Under the pieces are notes generated by a model. The model saw only the letters and a program-made list of their open reading frames with translations, was not told the DNA's origin and searched no databases. This document shows, piece by piece, positions 61,227 through 64,000 of a stretch of 64,000 nt of DNA. Position numbers and translations under genes: made by a program. The DNA is from Eledone cirrhosa (Eukaryota): positions 255,812,001 through 255,876,000 of the forward strand of contig OZ024741.1 of the NCBI GenBank assembly GCA_964016885.1. Reading direction: 5' to 3'. The stretch's first letter is position 1. The number at the start of each line of letters is the position of its first letter.

Positions 61227-64000
61227 GTTTCGCTTTACAAGTGTTTCGACTTACGAGTGTTTCGACATACGAGTGTTTCGGCTTACGAGTGTTTTGATTT
61301 ACGAGTGTTTTGACTTACGGGTGCTTCGACTTACGCGTGTTTCGACTTACGAGTGTTTCGACTTACGAGTGTTTCGACTTACGAGTGTTTCGGCTTACGA
61401 GTGTTTTGACTTACGAATGTTTTGACTTACGATTGTTTCGGCTTACGAGTGTTTCGACTTACGAGTGTTCTGACTACGAGTGTTCTGACTTACGGGTGTT
61501 CTGACTTACGAGTGTTCCGACTTACGAGTGTTTCGGCTTATGAGTGTTTCGACTTACGAGTGCTTCGACTTACGAGTGTTTCGGCTTACGGGTGTTTCGA
61601 CTTATGAATGTTTTTGCTTACGAGTGTTTCGGCTTACGAGTGTTTCGGCTTATGAGTGTTTCGACTTACGAGTGTTTTGACTTACGGGTGTTTTGACATA
61701 CGAGTGTTTCGATACGATTGTTCTGACTTACGAGTGTTTCCGCTTACGAGTGTTTCGGCTTACGAGTGTTTCGACTTACTAATGTTTTTACTTACGAGTG
61801 TTTCGGTGTACGAGTGTTTCGACTTAAGGATGTTTCGACTTACGAGTGTTTCGACTTACGAGTGTTTCGACTTACGAGTGTTTTGGCTTACGAATGTTTT
61901 GACTTACGGGTGTTTCGACTTACGAGTGTTTCGGCTTATGAGTGTTTCGACTTACGGGCGTTTCGAAGTACGGGTGTTTCGACTTACGAGTGTTTTGGCT
62001 TACGAATGTTTTGACTTACGGGTGTTTCGACTTACGAGTGTTTCGACTTATGAGAGTTTCGACTTACGAGTGTTTCGGCTTATGAGTGTTTCGACTTACG
62101 AGTGCTTCGGCTTACGAGTGTTTCGACTTACGAGTATTTCGGCTTACGAGTGTTTCGACGTACGAATGTTTTGGCTTACGAGTGTTTCGGCTTATGAGTG
62201 TTTCGGCTTACGAGTGTTTCGACTTACGAGTGTTTCGGCTTACGAGTGTTTCAGTGTTTCGGCTTACGTGTGTTTCGACTTACGAGTGTTTCGACTTACG
62301 ACTGTTTCGGCTTACGAGTGTTTCGGCTTACGAGTGTTTCGGCTTACGAGTGTTTTGACTTACGATTGTTTGGCTTACGAGTGTTCTGACTTACGGGTGT
62401 TCTGACTTACAAGTGTTCCGACTTACGAGTGTTTCGGCTTATGAGGGTTTCGACTTACGAGTGCTTCGGCTTACGAGTGTTTCGACTTACGAGTGTTTCG
62501 GCTTACGAGTGTTTCGACTTACGAGTGTTTTGACTTACGGTGTTTCGGCTTACGAGTGTTTCGACATACGAGTGTTTTGACGTACGGGTGTTTCGACTTA
62601 CGGGTCTTTCGACTTAAGAGTGTTTCGACTTACGAGCGCTTCGACTTACGAGTGTTTCGGCGTATGAGTGTTTTGACTTACGAGTGTTTCGACTTACGAG
62701 TGTTTCGACTTACGAGTGTTTCGAATTACGAGTGTTTCGACTTACGAGTGTTTTGACTTACGGGTGTTTTGACATACGAGTGTTTCGACTTACGAGTCTT
62801 TCGGCTTACGAGTGTTTCGACTTACTAATGTTTTTACTTACGAGTGTTTCGGCGTACGAGTGTTTCGACTTCCGAGTGTTTCGACTTACAGGTGTTTTGA
62901 CTTACGGTTGTTTCGGCTTACGAGTGTTTTGACTTACGAGTGTTTTGACTTAAGGGTGTTTCGACTTACGAGTATTTTTGGCTTACGAGTGTTTCGACTT
63001 ACGAGTGTTTTGACTTACGAGTGTTCTGATTTACGGATGTTTCGACATACGAGTGTTTCGACTTACGAGTGTTTCGACTTATGAGTGTTTCGACTTACGA
63101 GTGTTTCGACTTACGAGTGTTTCGACTTACGAGTGTTTCGACTTACGAGTGTTTCGGCTTACGAGTGTTTTGACTTACGAATGTTTTGACTTACGATTGT
63201 TTCGGTTTACGAGTGTTTCGACTTACGAGTGTTCTGACTACGAGTGTTCTGACTTACGGGTGTTCTGTCTTACGAGTGTTCCGACTTACGAGTGTTTCGG
63301 CTTATGAGTGTTTCGACTTACGAGTGCTTCGACTTACGAGTGTTTCGGCTTAAGGGTGTTTCGACTTACGAATGTTTTTGCTTACGAGTGTTTCGGCTTA
63401 CGAGTGTTTCGGCTTATGAGTGTTTCGACTTACGAGTGTTTTGACTTACGGGTGTTTTGACATACGAGTGTTTCGATACGATTGTTCTGACTTACGAGTG
63501 TTTCCGCTTACGAGTGTTTCGGCTTACGAGTGTTTCGACTTACTAATGTTTTTACTTACGAGTGTTTCGGTGTACGAGTGTTTCGACTTAAGGATGTTTC
63601 GACTTACGAGTGTTTCGACTTACGGGTGTTTCGACTTACGGGTCTTTCGACTTAAGAGTGTTTCGACTTACGAGCGCTTCGACTTACGAGTGTTTCGGCG
63701 TATGAGTGTTTTGACTTACGAGTGTTTCGACTTACGAGTGTTTCGACTTACGAGTGTTTCGAATTACGAGTGTTTCGACTTACGAGTGTTTTGACTTACG
63801 GGTGTTTTGACATACGAGTGTTTCGACTTACGAGTCTTTCGGCTTACGAGTGTTTCGACTTAATAATGTTTTTAATTACAAGTGTTTCGGCGTACGAGTG
63901 TTTCGACTTCCGAGTGTTTCGACTTACAGGTGTTTTGACTTACGGTTGTTTCGGCTTACGAGTGTTTTGACTTACGAGTGTTTTGACTTAAGGGTGTTTC

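Larger units (their letters stand above)
16635..64000. repeat. Satellite B: 16 bp tandem array, consensus GACTTACGAGTGTTTC, with 14, 15 and 17 bp indel variants; runs off the right edge
   Basis: Continuous head-to-tail units in one orientation. Recurrent variants include TTTT/TTCT/TTCC for TTTC, GGC for GAC, GGG for GAG, GACAT, GATAC and TACTAAT. About 2,900-3,000 units by length / 16. Confidence 0.98.

Noticed and set aside
16828-63970. Hundreds of short 'FRLTSVSTYECFDLRV' ORFs
   Set aside because: Three 16-mers give a stop-free 48 bp cycle on the plus strand. The ORFs overlap in all frames and end wherever a TGA variant falls in frame.
16642-64000. CRISPR array (GTTTC/GAAAC ends, ATTTGAAAC in the cassette)
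   Set aside because: There are no unique spacers: the intervening cassette is the same each time, units are 16 bp and contiguous, and no cas genes are present.
16642-64000. Telomerase-synthesised telomere (G/T-rich strand, TTAAGGG and TTACGGG variants)
   Set aside because: The consensus lacks G-runs, and kb-scale duplications with an embedded cassette indicate recombinational amplification. A subtelomeric location cannot be excluded from this window.
16642-64000. Minus-strand protein under a TAA=Gln genetic code (ETLVSRNTRKSKHSQV repeat)
   Set aside because: There is no evidence for a variant code, the unit is not a multiple of 3, and frequent 14, 15 and 17 bp units show no frame constraint.

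Overview
The window is almost entirely tandem-repeat DNA, most consistent with eukaryotic heterochromatin; the organism cannot be identified. I see no convincing gene, RNA gene, transposase or CRISPR array, and essentially all ORFs in the track are translations of repeats. There are two abutting satellites. Satellite A (1-~16641) has 27-36 bp units, GCCAGT(GTT)n[GTA]GTTGTTGCTGTTTTCT(C/G)TGTCAGT, is nearly CpG-free, reads as a mucin-like LALT(E/Q)KTATTTTT repeat on the minus strand and has nested higher-order repeats. Satellite B (~16635-64000) has a 16 bp CpG-rich unit, GACTTACGAGTGTTTC, in roughly 2,900-3,000 copies with kb-scale higher-order duplications. The only non-satellite sequence is a 69 bp AT-rich cassette present 11 times in B. 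Points of most interest: (1) the A/B junction falls exactly on a 7 bp microhomology created by a recurring deletion variant of B; (2) the minus strand of B carries the 5' splice-site/U1 motif GTAAGT in most units, punctuated by a cassette with TATA and poly(A)-site-like layout on the same strand; (3) cassette alleles step towards a perfect dyad and are layered along the array; (4) B variants often preserve or improve small hairpins. All functional interpretations are hypotheses. Coordinates were read by eye and block edges are approximate.
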